A stretch of 64,000 bases of DNA, taken from NCBI RefSeq assembly GCF_006345805.1, contig NC_043001.1, positions 34,534,001 to 34,598,000 of the forward strand, given 5' to 3'. Within the stretch, counting starts at the first letter, position 1; each line of letters begins with the position of its first letter. This DNA comes from Octopus sinensis. Its lineage: Eukaryota. The position numbers and the translations under genes were made by a program. Below are positions 1 to 11,826 of the stretch, one piece after another. The notes beneath the pieces are model-generated. The model saw only the letters and a program-made list of their open reading frames with translations. It ran no database searches and was not told the origin of the DNA.

Positions 1-261
1 ATTATAATTACTAATGTCAGTATTAAGACGACGTAAGTTAGGCCGGCTGGTGGATGTGACAAATACGTGAATCTGAGTTTAAACGTGGAGATACGTCAAA
101 AAAGAAAAGGTGACGGCTAAGAACAAGAGCTGGAAAGAAAACTTAGAGATGGGTGTTTTGTAACAATTGAGTTTCAAAGTTAACTATAAGAGCAGCATTT
201 CAATATAGCAGCAAACTATATTGATTTTAAATTTTGACACTAGACAAACAATTTTGGGGGA

Positions 262-408
262 GCTGGTAAGTCAATTATAATGGCCCCAGTTCTCAACTGT
301 TACTTAATTTGTTAACTCCGAAAGGGATGAAAAGCAAAGTCGACTTCGGCGGAATTGCAACTCCGAACATAAAGACGGACGAAATACCGCTAAGCATTGT
401 GCTCGCCA
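262..408 (-). mobile_element. tRNA-derived SINE family A, partial and diverged
   Basis: Reverse complement of the family A core (aaagtcgacttcggcggaatt...gacgaaataccgctaagcatt), matching full copies at 33348 and 43405. Confidence 0.7.
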
Positions 409-540
409 TTTGAAAATAAGATACGGTTTAAAAAATGGTATTCTAAGGATGATATTATTAATTATTTTTATTCGAAATGTTGTTTAAAATTTTGGCTACC
501 GAGACATGATATACTCTATGATCAATATACATACATACAG

Positions 541-542
541 AC

Positions 543-620
<78 letters not shown>

Positions 621-752
621 TATATATATATATATATGATCTGTTCACCTATCCAGTGAGGTGGCATTATTTGAACGCTAAAATAATACAAAAGCACATT
701 GTTGTGATCATCAATATGTAACATCTGATAGCTTAGCCGGTCACGTGATCAG

Positions 753-814
<62 letters not shown>

Positions 815-860
815 TGTATGTATGTATGTAGTATGTATGTATGTATGTATGTATGTATGC
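541..860. repeat. (TA)n and (TATG)n microsatellites flanking a SINE family C tail fragment (about 650-755)
   Basis: Pure TA runs; the intervening tgtaacatctgatagcttagccggtcacgtgatc resembles the reverse complement of the tail at 20930-21010. Confidence 0.8.
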
Positions 861-2769
861 ATATCTATGCATGTATATGCATGTGTATACACAGCACACT
901 CACGCATACATATATATAGAGATGAGTTCTGACTACGTATTGTGGAATAATGTCTAAACACATACGTACATACACAAACACAGCGCCACACATATATTGA
1001 CACACACACATACATGTGCACACATATATGAATACAGCTACGAAATCTTTGGTATAAAGATAGATACATATTTAGATTGTTAGATATTGTGAAAGACAGA
1101 TACACAGGTTTGGTGAAGGTACTGATAGTAAGAATATGAAGAAAAAAGAGTAGACGCATAGATGGCTATGTTATTCGTTTTGCAATTATGGGTGCCAGCA
1201 AATATGATTTGCTTCAAACATGGCAGCTAAACGAAATTGGAGTTCAACTGCGCTCGAAGAAGCGAATCGTTAAGATGGAATGAATCATTTGTCACCTCTA
1301 ATAGAAACAAGAAAACAATGAAATGTTGGAATTTCAACTGTGATGGATGTTTGTTATAGGAATTTACGAAACCATTCGTGAGGAAGTTGGGAATTCATTA
1401 GAACAGCATCTGTTATTGCATTCGTTTCGTTTCACTGAGAAATACCGAGATTAGTTTTATAACGAGACACGAAGCGGCCATTTTATTTTCCGGTGCTCTA
1501 ACTCTTCTTCGTTGCTTACAGAAAGAGAGGGGGTCGAGAGAGGGGAAGAGGGGGAAGAGATAGAAAGAAAGGAGAGTGAGAGAGAAAAAGAGGAAGAAAA
1601 TTAGATGGAGAAGAAAGTTTGTTGCATAAATATCGGTAAACTAAGACGTATTCAGTGTTAATGAGACTTACAGCAAAGTAGAAAACAAGAAAAGAATGAC
1701 AAAAGAGAAAACAAAACAAAGTTGACCGAAACAAAAGAAAATCCATTCAGTAAAGCTTATGTGCTGCAGCAATATCAACTGTAAGAAAGTTTCAAAGATT
1801 TGAAGTAGATTAATCTGTATTCTCATTTGATAACGCAACTGTTAATGGAGAAAATCATTTATCAGAGTGTTATTGTAGATGTAATTCACTTATTTGTTAA
1901 AAACAAAAATTCTTCTTGTTGCACCAGATGTTCAATGATTGAAAAAGACAAGCTCCGGATGTACTTTTAATAAAATTTACAATTCGCTGTATCTTCCTCT
2001 CGAAACAATTAAATATTATAAGTAACATGTTTGCGACGTGCGGTAGTGATATGTAAATTGTCCCAAAGTCATTTAGATGAAAAGTAGATCAACTTCACAA
2101 AATCATCGGCTGAAAAGCTTTGGATGACGAATTCTCAGAATACCACATTTTGTGTCACTTTCATTTTCAGATATGAAAATTGCATGTCGTAACGTGCTTA
2201 CGTCGGAGAACAACACGGCTGACGACAGAAAGATATTAAACGATTGGATTGATTAGCTAATCTAAAAAACGCTTCATTTGTTGTAATACATTATAACAAA
2301 TTTCTAGTTAACCTTCACAAATAATGAATTTATTTCTGGATTTTTTAAACTTTCAAACTTGTGCAAATTTCAAACTGGAAATTATGTAATAATTTCATAT
2401 ACGCAAAAGTTGCTTCGGTAACGTGAATGACTGGTATTGTTAGATATAAAATAATTACAATAATGTGGAATGTTATATATGGTCTTGATACCCGGTAGAA
2501 GAAACGATAAAATAGCTGTTAAATTTCCTGTTAATGTTTAATTCCGTCCTTATGCATTCGGAGTCGAGGATTTGAACACAGAATATGCATAAATAGTACT
2601 TATCAAATAACTGCCAGTAAAGTGCAAGGGTGTAATGGGAGATTTTCTCGAGTACCACACTCCAAGTGGTTATAATTTGTGTTGGACGTACATCATATCG
2701 GCTCTCAGAAGTTTGTTAGATTTTGCCCAAAATACCTTAACTTTTAACATTTTTTCAAAACTTTAAATA

Positions 2770-3700
2770 TGCACCCTTATTTCACTAGGTGAAGTCGGCC
2801 GATAACATCTGATGAAATACGGGAAGCGATGGTGAGCTATACGAAGGAGAAGTCGACAGGACTGGCTGGTTTGCCCTATGAGCGTTCTCTTATGGTGCTA
2901 ATCTTGTTCAAGGGATTCTTGGTAGATGAGGACAGTAGAATGGAGAATTTTTGGTGTTGCTAAGACAGGAATAGAACAAGGGGAATGGTTTTAACAAATC
3001 TAGATCCGGAATTCTGCTAAATAAAGAGTTGAAGATTTTGGAGATGAGTTAGCTAAGAGGTTGGTGTTTGTTGTCGATACTCTGCTAAGTGAGGCATAAG
3101 CATGCGCCAAACAAAGAGGATCGGTTTACAATCTCCGCTTAATGCGATACATCTTAAGAAGGGAAAGAAAGAATCTGACTTAGGTTGGGGTCTGATCAAT
3201 TTAGATCAATGGAGAGCTTTCGATAGTTTTGACTATCAACACTTGGCGGCTGTTCTGAAAGTGGTTGATTTCCTATGACATTTGTTCTGCGGTCAGTGTA
3301 AATAGTCACTTGTCGGAACAGTTTAATATCATCCATTCCCTGCGTCAAGTGTGCTTCCTTTCTCTCTCCCTTTCTGTACTTACTGGTTCAAGAGCCACTA
3401 CTGTAGAAATTGGGTGTTTTGAGGGCCATCTCGCGGGAGCATAGTCGCGGAACATCAGTGTAGGCATACGTGGCGACGTCACTGTGATAGTGTTGAATAC
3501 AAGGCACATCGAGTTGATCGATACTAGTTTAAGGGCAGTGATAGGAGCAAAACTACGACGCGACGACCGGTGTAAAATTTAACCAGAAGTCGTAGGGTCT
3601 GCGACTCTGCACCCTGAGAGAAAGGTCACAGCGACTAAACAACATCGTGAGCGCTGAAGGGTCGGACTGGTTATATTGCTCGCATGTGCGTATTCGTTCA
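2770..3700 (+). pseudogene. Decayed reverse-transcriptase region of an L1/Tx1-like non-LTR retrotransposon
   Basis: Frameshifted translation gives KSTGLAGLPYE (cf. KSPGxDGLPxE), LLNKELKIL, INLDQWRAFD, an RQxCxLSxxLY-like motif and an AYxxDVTV (YADD-like) motif, in the correct order. Confidence 0.75.
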
Positions 3701-3744
3701 ATCGGCAGAAAGGAACTGGTGTTTCCTTTTTTAAATCCCAGTAT

Positions 3745-4016
3745 ACGTGTGTGTGTATGTGTGCGTGCGTGTATGGTGTGCATGTGCGTGTGCGGTGTGG
3801 TGTGTGTGTGTGTGTGTGTGCCTGAATCTTTGTCCCTCACAACCGCTTGACAACCGGTGTTGGTCTGAGTACGTCCATGTAACTTACCGGTTCGACCTAA
3901 GTGACCGAGAAAATAAATATCAGGCTAAAAAAGAAACGTACTGGGGTCGATCCACTTACCTAAAATTCCTCAAGGTGGTGCCCCAGTATACCCGCAGTCC
4001 AAAGAGTAAAACAAGT
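3745..4016 (+). mobile_element. SINE family B, 3' half
   Basis: cgcttgacaaccggtgttggt...taacttaccggttcg...ggtggtgccccagtatacccgcagtc...aaacaagtaa after a (TG)n tract. Confidence 0.75.
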
Positions 4017-4054
4017 AATTTATATATTTATCTATGTAGAACACGACTGTCACT

Positions 4055-4100
4055 AAATAAACCTGATGATTGCGCAACGCATGAAAGTACTAGTTTATTT
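4055..4100 (+). ncRNA. Minimal type I hammerhead ribozyme motif (PLE-type)
   Basis: aaataaac-CTGATGA-ttgcg caa cgcat-GAAA-gtac-TA-gtttattt: perfect 8-bp stem I, conserved core, short stem II with a U.U mismatch at its base, palindromic AGUACU stem III. Confidence 0.65.
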
Positions 4101-4199
4101 CAATATTGTAAAATTGTAAATAATAAAACTTGAAAATCAAACTAATTTGGAATTTCATTGATTAATATATTCTTCTATACATAATCATACAAACTCGGA

Positions 4200-4200
<1 letters not shown>

Positions 4201-4283
<83 letters not shown>

Positions 4284-4336
4284 AGTCTATTATGTATGTA
4301 TGTATGTATGTATGTATCTATCTATCTGCCTGTCTA

Positions 4337-4408
<72 letters not shown>

Positions 4409-4432
4409 CATACATATATACATACATATATA
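4201..4432. repeat. Compound microsatellite (CTAT)n/(TATG)n/(CTGT)n/(CT)n/(TA)n
   Basis: Seen directly. Confidence 0.95.
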
Positions 4433-5251
4433 TGTCAGCAGTTTTTATTTTCTTAGTCATTTAGACGTGTGTCACGTGCAAATTATTCTCTCGACGGTAC
4501 AATTAATTTCTTCAAGAAAACAGTTAGGAGACAGTTAACGAACCTTACCTCAATTTTCAGCTTCCACGGTAACAACTTGCGATCAAACATTAAAAGTGAG
4601 TATGAACATTTGTGTCTCACACGATTTCTAATAACATGCCGGCGCGCCATCCAGTGTTCTCTTCATTGCGATGAGTGATAATCATTTAGCAATTATTCAG
4701 ATGCATATTATTAATTTACTATGAAATGGAAACAGCGTTAGCACTTCCTTACAAATAGGGCTGTTCTGACAGCAGCATACTTAAGAAAGAAATTGGGTTT
4801 TATTAAGGCAATTGAAGCTTAAATACATTTTAAGGAGAGGAGACGACTTATATGCCACGTAGAGGTACAGAGATACAGTCACGCACTTAATGTCCACATA
4901 CACACAAACACATTTATGATTATGTATACAGATACTCAGATGTATTTATAAATGGGACTGTTTAGAAATAGTAGCCAACAGTCCCAAATGTTTAATCTTA
5001 CCGTATTAAGGACAATGGATTGGAAGGGTTTATCTTATATAATCTTAGAAAATTGGGAACGTCACGCTCTACAGTAACTGTAACACACACGCATAGACAA
5101 TCATAAATGCGTATGCATCGATCTGAATTTATAGGCCTGATGACAATTACATTCATGCATATCTATCTATTTGTCTATCTATCTATATGTCTGTCTGTCT
5201 ATCGGTGTCTTTACACATTCTTAAAATATATTTGTGACATATTTCAACTTC

Positions 5252-5470
5252 TAAAGGCAAATTCACTGCAGTTACCGTGGAGAACAAAATTCTCTTCGAC
5301 TTCAAAAGGTTCAAAAACACTATATCTGTCCAGTGTTGCCTCATTTCAGATCCCACACGTTGCAATTTTTATCTTTTTAGCTGTTACAAATGGGAAATAC
5401 CGAAGAGAGGTAACTCTGGACAGATTTTAAAACCGTAGCTTTAACTAAAACACAGTCAACAACATTGACT
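5252..5470. repeat. Interspersed repeat related to the 47887-48220 foldback
   Basis: Shares aaaggcaaattcactgcagttacc and aataccgaagagaggtaactctg...gctttaactaa with the 47.9-48.2 kb element. Confidence 0.65.
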
Positions 5471-6451
5471 GATTTGCGCTATTAGACCGCCAGATCGGAA
5501 AAAAAATTCGTCGGTATCAGCGCCAAGCAGTGTTTACATCTGACCAGAGTTACGTTTCTTTTGGGGCCGATGAAATAAGTGCCGGTCGAGCACTGGCGTT
5601 GATGTAATTGACTAAGCCCCTCTGCCAAATCGCAAGCCGAGATGCCGCTAAACATTTTGCCCGGCGCGGTAACGACTCTGCCAGCTCACCGCCTTAACGA
5701 GTTCTAATATGAATATTGCCGGTTAACAACAGCAAGGAAAGCATCGACACATAATTAAGACCTCCCTTCATCATAAATCACGACTGGCATCACACCGCTG
5801 TGTGTATCAGTTAGATATTTGATATGGCACTGTCTACGTACAGTGTCATTCTTTGCCATATATTTTTTACCCCTTTCTTTTTTCAGATTTGGTCATAAAG
5901 ATAAGAGTTGTCAATGTGTTTACAAATGGGTCGCTTCGGTCAATAATCGCGACCACACAGACATAAAATCAGTTGTTTATATGGGCATAACTGCAGCAAT
6001 AGACAGAGATAAAATAAAATGATAATAAAGAACAAACCAAAACAAAACCAAGAGGGAACATACAAAAGCGGTGGCAGAAACTGGCTACACAAATTGACAA
6101 TAAAGAACAGTGACCAAATTATGAGAAACGAGCAGCCATAGAAGCCTCAGAATATTAAATGGCTTCTAATTTAGGCACAAGACCAGCAATTCTTTTTTTT
6201 TATGAGACAGGGAGTAGTCGTGACAATCAACCACAATATCTGACTGGTACTTCATTTTATTGCCCTGAAGGGACAAAAAGTAAATGAGAATTCGACGGTA
6301 TTTAAACTTAAAACGTAAGCAGGCTGAACGAATCCCGCAAAAACACAAACACACAAACAATAAGAAATAAAAAGATATTTTCCCGGTGCTCCAGCGTTTT
6401 CACAGCTCGCCAACATTAGCCTAAATACATATAACAGAACTATTAATACCC

Positions 6452-6653
6452 TTTCTACTATAGGTACAAAGCCTGCAATCTGGGGGAGGGGGCCTAGACG
6501 ATTACATCGACTCACCGCTCGACTGGTATTTATCCATCGACCCAGAAAGGACGAAAGATAAAGCTGACCTCGGGGGAATTTGATATAAAATCGGAAGAAA
6601 TACCGCTTAGCCTTTGTTCGACCCGCTAACGATTCTGTCAGTTCGGCGACTTA
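6452..6653 (-). mobile_element. SINE family A, diverged (a further degenerate copy lies at about 6168-6330)
   Basis: cgattacatcgac...ctggtatttatccatcgacccagaaaggacgaaagataaagctgacctcgggggaatttga...gctaacgattctgtcagttcggcgactt. Confidence 0.75.
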
Positions 6654-6767
6654 ATAAAGTAAATGAAACAATACCTTCTACTATAGCTTCGGGTCGACCA
6701 AGGCTTTGTGAATGGATTGGTAGGCGGAAAATGAAAGAATCCTGTTATATATATATATATATGTGTA

Positions 6768-6805
<38 letters not shown>

Positions 6806-6974
6806 TATATATATATTATATATATATATATATGATAAGTAGAAAAATACAAACTGGAACAAGAACGCACAACACCCAGAAGACGATACAACAAACACAG
6901 ACAGGACACCCGAAGCCCCCGGCTCCCAGTCAAGAACCGGATCATCGCAGCAATCTCGGCTGATTACGTATATA

Positions 6975-7048
<74 letters not shown>

Positions 7049-7186
7049 TAAGAGAGTGGTCACTATATGGCTCACTCTAGCACCAGTTAATCCAAAAGGT
7101 TTCAACCACGAAAATACATGTTTCCCATGAAAGTCAGTACGATTGTTAGCTCACACGGACAGGGCAAATAAAAAATAACAAAAATA

Positions 7187-7283
7187 CAGATTATTTTGGG
7201 ACAATTGTTTCGCTATTAATGAATTAAATGTAATTTTACTTACAAAAAAAATCCATTTGTAGCTCGTCAGCCAAAACTATCTG
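7187..7283 (-). ncRNA. Type I hammerhead ribozyme, copy 1
   Basis: The minus strand reads cagatagttttgg-CTGACGA-gcta...tagc-GAAA-caattg-TC-ccaaaataatctg; predicted cleavage between 7200 and 7199. Confidence 0.85.
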
Positions 7284-7722
7284 GATGAAATCCACTCAAT
7301 CACACGCCAGATTTTACCATAACGATAAATACGCGTGTGGTTCAATTGATTACATCCGACGTTATAATTCAAATGCCCCAACCAACAGCGCGCCAAACTT
7401 TCACGGAAAACAAATACAGCATTTAGAAATAAATGCAGCATAATTATAATTAATTAATAAGGGTGAGAGAATTAGATACTAATTTAATAGTATATCTATT
7501 CAACACCAAGTGGCCTAGTGCTCCGAGAAACCTGGATTATTATAATATTTTATAACATATTATAATATTTTTACAAAATAAATATAAGAGAGTGGTCACT
7601 ATATGGCTCACTCTAGCACCAGTTAATCCAAAAGGTTTCAACCACGAAAATACATGTTTCCCATGAAAGTCAGTACGATTGTTAGCTCACACGGACAGGG
7701 CAAATAAAAAATAACAAAAATA

Positions 7723-7819
7723 CAGATTATTTTGGGACAATTGTTTCGCTATTAATGAATTAAATGTAATTTTACTTACAAAAAAAATCCATTTGTAGCT
7801 CGTCAGCCAAAACTATCTG
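7723..7819 (-). ncRNA. Type I hammerhead ribozyme, copy 2
   Basis: Same sequence as copy 1, 536 bp away; predicted cleavage between 7736 and 7735. Confidence 0.85.
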
Positions 7820-8363
7820 GATGAAATCCACTCAATCACACGCCAGATTTTACCATAACGATAAATACGCGTGTGGTTCAATTGATTACATCCGACGTTA
7901 TAATTCAATTGTCCCAAAATAATCTGTATTTTTGTTATTTTTTATTTGCCCTGTCCGTGTGAGCTAACAATCGTACTGACTTTCATGGGAAACATGTATT
8001 TTCGTGGTTGAAACCTTTTGGATTAACTGGTGCTAGAGTGAGCCATATAGTGACCACTCTCTTATATTTATTTTGTAAAAATATTATAATATGTTATAAA
8101 ATATTATAATAATCAGGTTTCTCGGAGCACTAGGCCACTGGTGTTGAATAGATATACTATTAAATTAGTATCTAATTCTCTCACCCTTATTAATTAATTA
8201 TAATTATGCTGCATTTATTTCTAAATGCTGTATTTGTTTTCCGTGAAAGTTTGGCGCGCTGTTGGTTGGGGCATTTGAATTATAACGTCGGATGTAATCA
8301 ATTGAACCACACGCGTATTTATCGTTATGGTAAAATCTGGCGTGTGATTGAGTGGATTTCATC

Positions 8364-8459
8364 CAGATAGTTTTGGCTGACGAGCTACAAATGGATTTTT
8401 TTGTAAGTAAAATTACATTTAATTCATTAATAGCGAAACAATTGTCCCAAAATAATCTG
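8364..8459 (+). ncRNA. Type I hammerhead ribozyme, copy 3
   Basis: Stem I 8364-8376 pairs with 8447-8459 (11 of 13 pairs); CTGACGA 8377-8383; stem II gcta 8384-8387 / tagc 8431-8434; GAAA 8435-8438; palindromic ACAATTGT; GUC with cleavage after 8446. Confidence 0.85.
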
Positions 8460-8778
8460 TATTTTTGTTATTTTTTATTGCCCTGTCCGTGTGAGCTAAC
8501 AATCGTACTGACTTTCATGGGAAACATGTATTTTCGTGGTTGAAACCTTTTGGATTAACTGGTGCTAGAGTGAGCCATATAGTGACCACTCTCTTATATT
8601 TATTTTGTAAAAATATTATAATATGTTATAAAATATTATAATAATCAGGTTTCTCGGAGCACTAGGCCACTTGGTGTTGAATAGATATACTATTAAATTA
8701 GTATCTAATTCTCTCACCCTTATTAATTAATATATAATATATATATATATATTATATATATATATATATGTATATATG

Positions 8779-8809
<31 letters not shown>

Positions 8810-8837
8810 TGTGTATATATATTATATATACATATAG

Positions 8838-8985
8838 AGAGAATTCGCAAAAAACAAAAGACAGAGACAGGTGGTGTAGACAACAAACAGATGTATTAGT
8901 ATAACGCTCGGGAAGTGAAAATGCCTTTAACCTTTCGAGCCTACGCTCTTCCACAGAAAGGAACACAGAAAGAAATAAGGATACA
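8838..8985 (-). repeat. Short interspersed repeat with a degenerate hammerhead-like motif (8924-8961)
   Basis: Minus strand ccttt-CTGTGGA-a-gagc gtag gctc-GAAA-gg-TT-aaagg: stems I and II pair, but the core has A6->U. Confidence 0.4.
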
Positions 8986-10784
8986 CACACACATACACAC
9001 ATACACACACACATACACACACACACACACTCACACACACATACACACATATAAATATATATATATGTATGTAAGTGTATATGCATGTATGTGTGTGTCT
9101 TTGTATGTGTTTGTTCTCAACCACCGACTGACAACCTGTGTTAGTGTATTTACGTCTACATAACTTATCGGTTTGGCAAAATAGATCGATAAAATAAATA
9201 CCAGACTTATAAAAAAATAAGTACTGTGTTTGATTAATTCAACTAAAAATTCTTCGAGGTGGTGCCCCAGGATGGCCGCAGTCTAATGACTGAAACAGAA
9301 AAAAGAGGATATATACATACATGAACTATAGGATGCGTATAATTTTGGGAGTGAATAGTTGATTAAATAAACTTCAATATTCGGCTAGTACTTACTGACC
9401 CGGAAAGGATGAAAGGCAAAATTGATCCTGGCGTATTTTGAACTCCGTAGTAAAGTGCAACAACTATGTAGCAGATTTTAACAATTCAACCAATCGACCC
9501 CAAGCCAAAGGAGTAAAAGCCTAGGAGGGGAGGGACGGATGGAAAGCAGAACGGTTGAAGCTGAAATGTCTTTGATCAGAGGTCAACTTCATCGATCACT
9601 CGGAACTAAACAACAATAAGAAGAACAAAAATAACACAACAAACAAAACAACAGCAACATGAACAACAGCAGCAGCAAGAACAAAAACAACAGCAGCAAC
9701 AACAAAAATAACAACAGCAGCAACAAACGATATTACATCTTTAGCAGATCTGTTATTCACGAAAACAATGATGGCGAAATATTTTAACCCGGCTTAGATT
9801 TATCGAGATTTTCAATTAGAAAAAGAATCTATTATTGAACTATCACCTCAACAGCTTGGTTGTTACATTACACATATTTTAATTAAATACTTATCGATTA
9901 CTAGCCTATCGATGAGTCGCTAATTCATTCAGTTGTGTGTTATAATTTATGGGTTGTACCACAAAATACTGTATATCTAGATGTCACTGAAAATGTAATT
10001 TTTCAAGTTTTTTAATACGTCGAAATTTGAAGATTCTTTATCACATTTACAGAGCTTTTTATAACCTTTTGCATAAAAAAAATCTTTTTTTTCAAAATAC
10101 GCCATGTGCTGTCTAAAAAGCCGTTGCATGCCGCTGCTGAGATGCGTGTCATAAGTTCACCTTTAGTGCATTGGAACAATAAATACTAATTAAGACAGGA
10201 ATTAGTTTCTTTTCATTACACTGAATAAAAGATGGTGTGCTATTATTTAGCCTCAAATCAGCCGTCATCGAGCGGAACTATGATGAAAAAAGTCCAGGCA
10301 ACACGACTGAGTCATTTCGTATCTAGGACCATTCTATTCGATGTGTCCATTCTATTCTGTTTTTAGCATTAGGATGTGATTTGGTAAATAATACTTGTAG
10401 TAAGACGATCGAAAGTATGGAGATATTTATCAGTGTGTTAGAGAATTGTGACGTTTATTCAGTCTCTTTAAAATATGAAACATGTAATTAAGGATCGTAT
10501 GTGTCGAAATCTCGGTTTTATTATCACAATTTTTTTGCTATCACCAGCTTCTTTATGGAGATATTTATGAATGATATAACGACAACCTAATTTGATATTC
10601 CAATCAAAATGTTGAGTGGCATAATCCGAATGAGCAGGAACAGTAATCCGGTATAAGAATTCCAAGAATTGGTTACTCCAAAGTCAGTCTGAAGGCCAGG
10701 GTCCGTGTGAGCGTGCGGTATATAGTCAATCCAAACAAGAACAAGAAAGAAAAAGCAACAACACGAGGACGTGGGACAAAATGC

Positions 10785-10965
10785 TTGTTCCCCCAACATC
10801 GCGTAACAACCGATGCTGGTGTTTTTACGTCCTCTGTAACTTAGCGGTTCGGCAAAAAGACCGATTGAATATGTACTAGGCTTACAAAGAATAACCCCTG
10901 GGGTAGATGTTCGACTAAAGGTGGTGCTGCAGTATGGCCGCATTCAAATGACTGAAACAAAAAAA
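10785..10965 (+). mobile_element. SINE family B, 3' half
   Basis: cccaacatcgcgtaacaaccgatgctggtg...cttagcggttcggcaaaa...gcagtatggccgcattcaaatgactgaaac. Confidence 0.8.
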
Positions 10966-11055
10966 ATACACATATATACATATACACATACATACACGTA
11001 TATATGGCCAATAATGAAACATATCTATCTGTCTTTCTGTCTATCTATCTTTCTG

Positions 11056-11104
<49 letters not shown>

Positions 11105-11125
11105 TTGTATATCTTTCTGTCATCC

Positions 11126-11172
<47 letters not shown>

Positions 11173-11252
11173 ATCTCAATCTATCTATCTATCTATCTAT
11201 CTATCTTCTATCTATCTATCTATCCATCTCTCTCTCTCTCTCTATCTATCCA

Positions 11253-11285
<33 letters not shown>

Positions 11286-11792
11286 CTATCTATCTATCCC
11301 CTGTACTTAGCTTTCTCAGTTCAAATAGCACCATGGTCTACTTTGGTGTTAGATTCATTCTGTTGCACGGTTTAACACGACAGTGTGGTCCCCTTGGGGT
11401 GTCATTAGTGGAGTCCAAAGTAATCTTAGGACCATGTTTCTGCCATCAAGACACCTTCGTTTCTCCTTTCAACCACCCTGCCTTGGAAGCCTTGTAGATG
11501 TTCTTACGCACTATCTTCCATCCTGGTTAAAATACGAAAAATAAAAAAGACACAAACAATAATAAAACGAAAACGACATTCCCCCACAAACACAAATATA
11601 TATATATATATATATATAATATATATATAAATATATAGTGACAAACACACATACACACACACACAAACACATGCACATATTGCGATGAATTGAGGGAGGC
11701 AGTTCGAGAAAGACAAATATGCAGAAAATCAGGCGTATATACGCGTATTTTGTATGTATGTGTGTGTGTGTATTGTGTGTGTATGTGTGTGT

Positions 11793-11826
<34 letters not shown>

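Larger units (their letters stand above)
7041..8731. mobile_element. Non-coding 536-bp unit in partial tandem plus inverted (foldback) arrangement; hammerhead-bearing PLE-derived / retrozyme-like element
   Basis: agagagtggtcact recurs at 7051 and 7587 (period 536). From 7906 the unit runs inverted for about 1.55 copies to about 8731. Copies differ only by 1-nt indels. Both ends abut (TA)n. Confidence 0.85.
6672..9309 (+). mobile_element. SINE family B split into a 5' part (6672-6746) and a 3' part (about 9085-9309) by nested insertions in its internal microsatellite
   Basis: The 5' part ends ...ggaaaatgaaagaatcctgt-(TA)n; the 3' part resumes gtgtttgttctcaaccaccgactgacaacc...ggatggccgcagtctaatgactgaaac. 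In intact copies these segments are joined by a short TA/TG tract. Confidence 0.6.

Noticed and set aside
11300-11505. Possible R4-like LINE fragment (LKGET-EGVLMA, minus strand)
   Set aside because: A single short frameshifted motif; insufficient.
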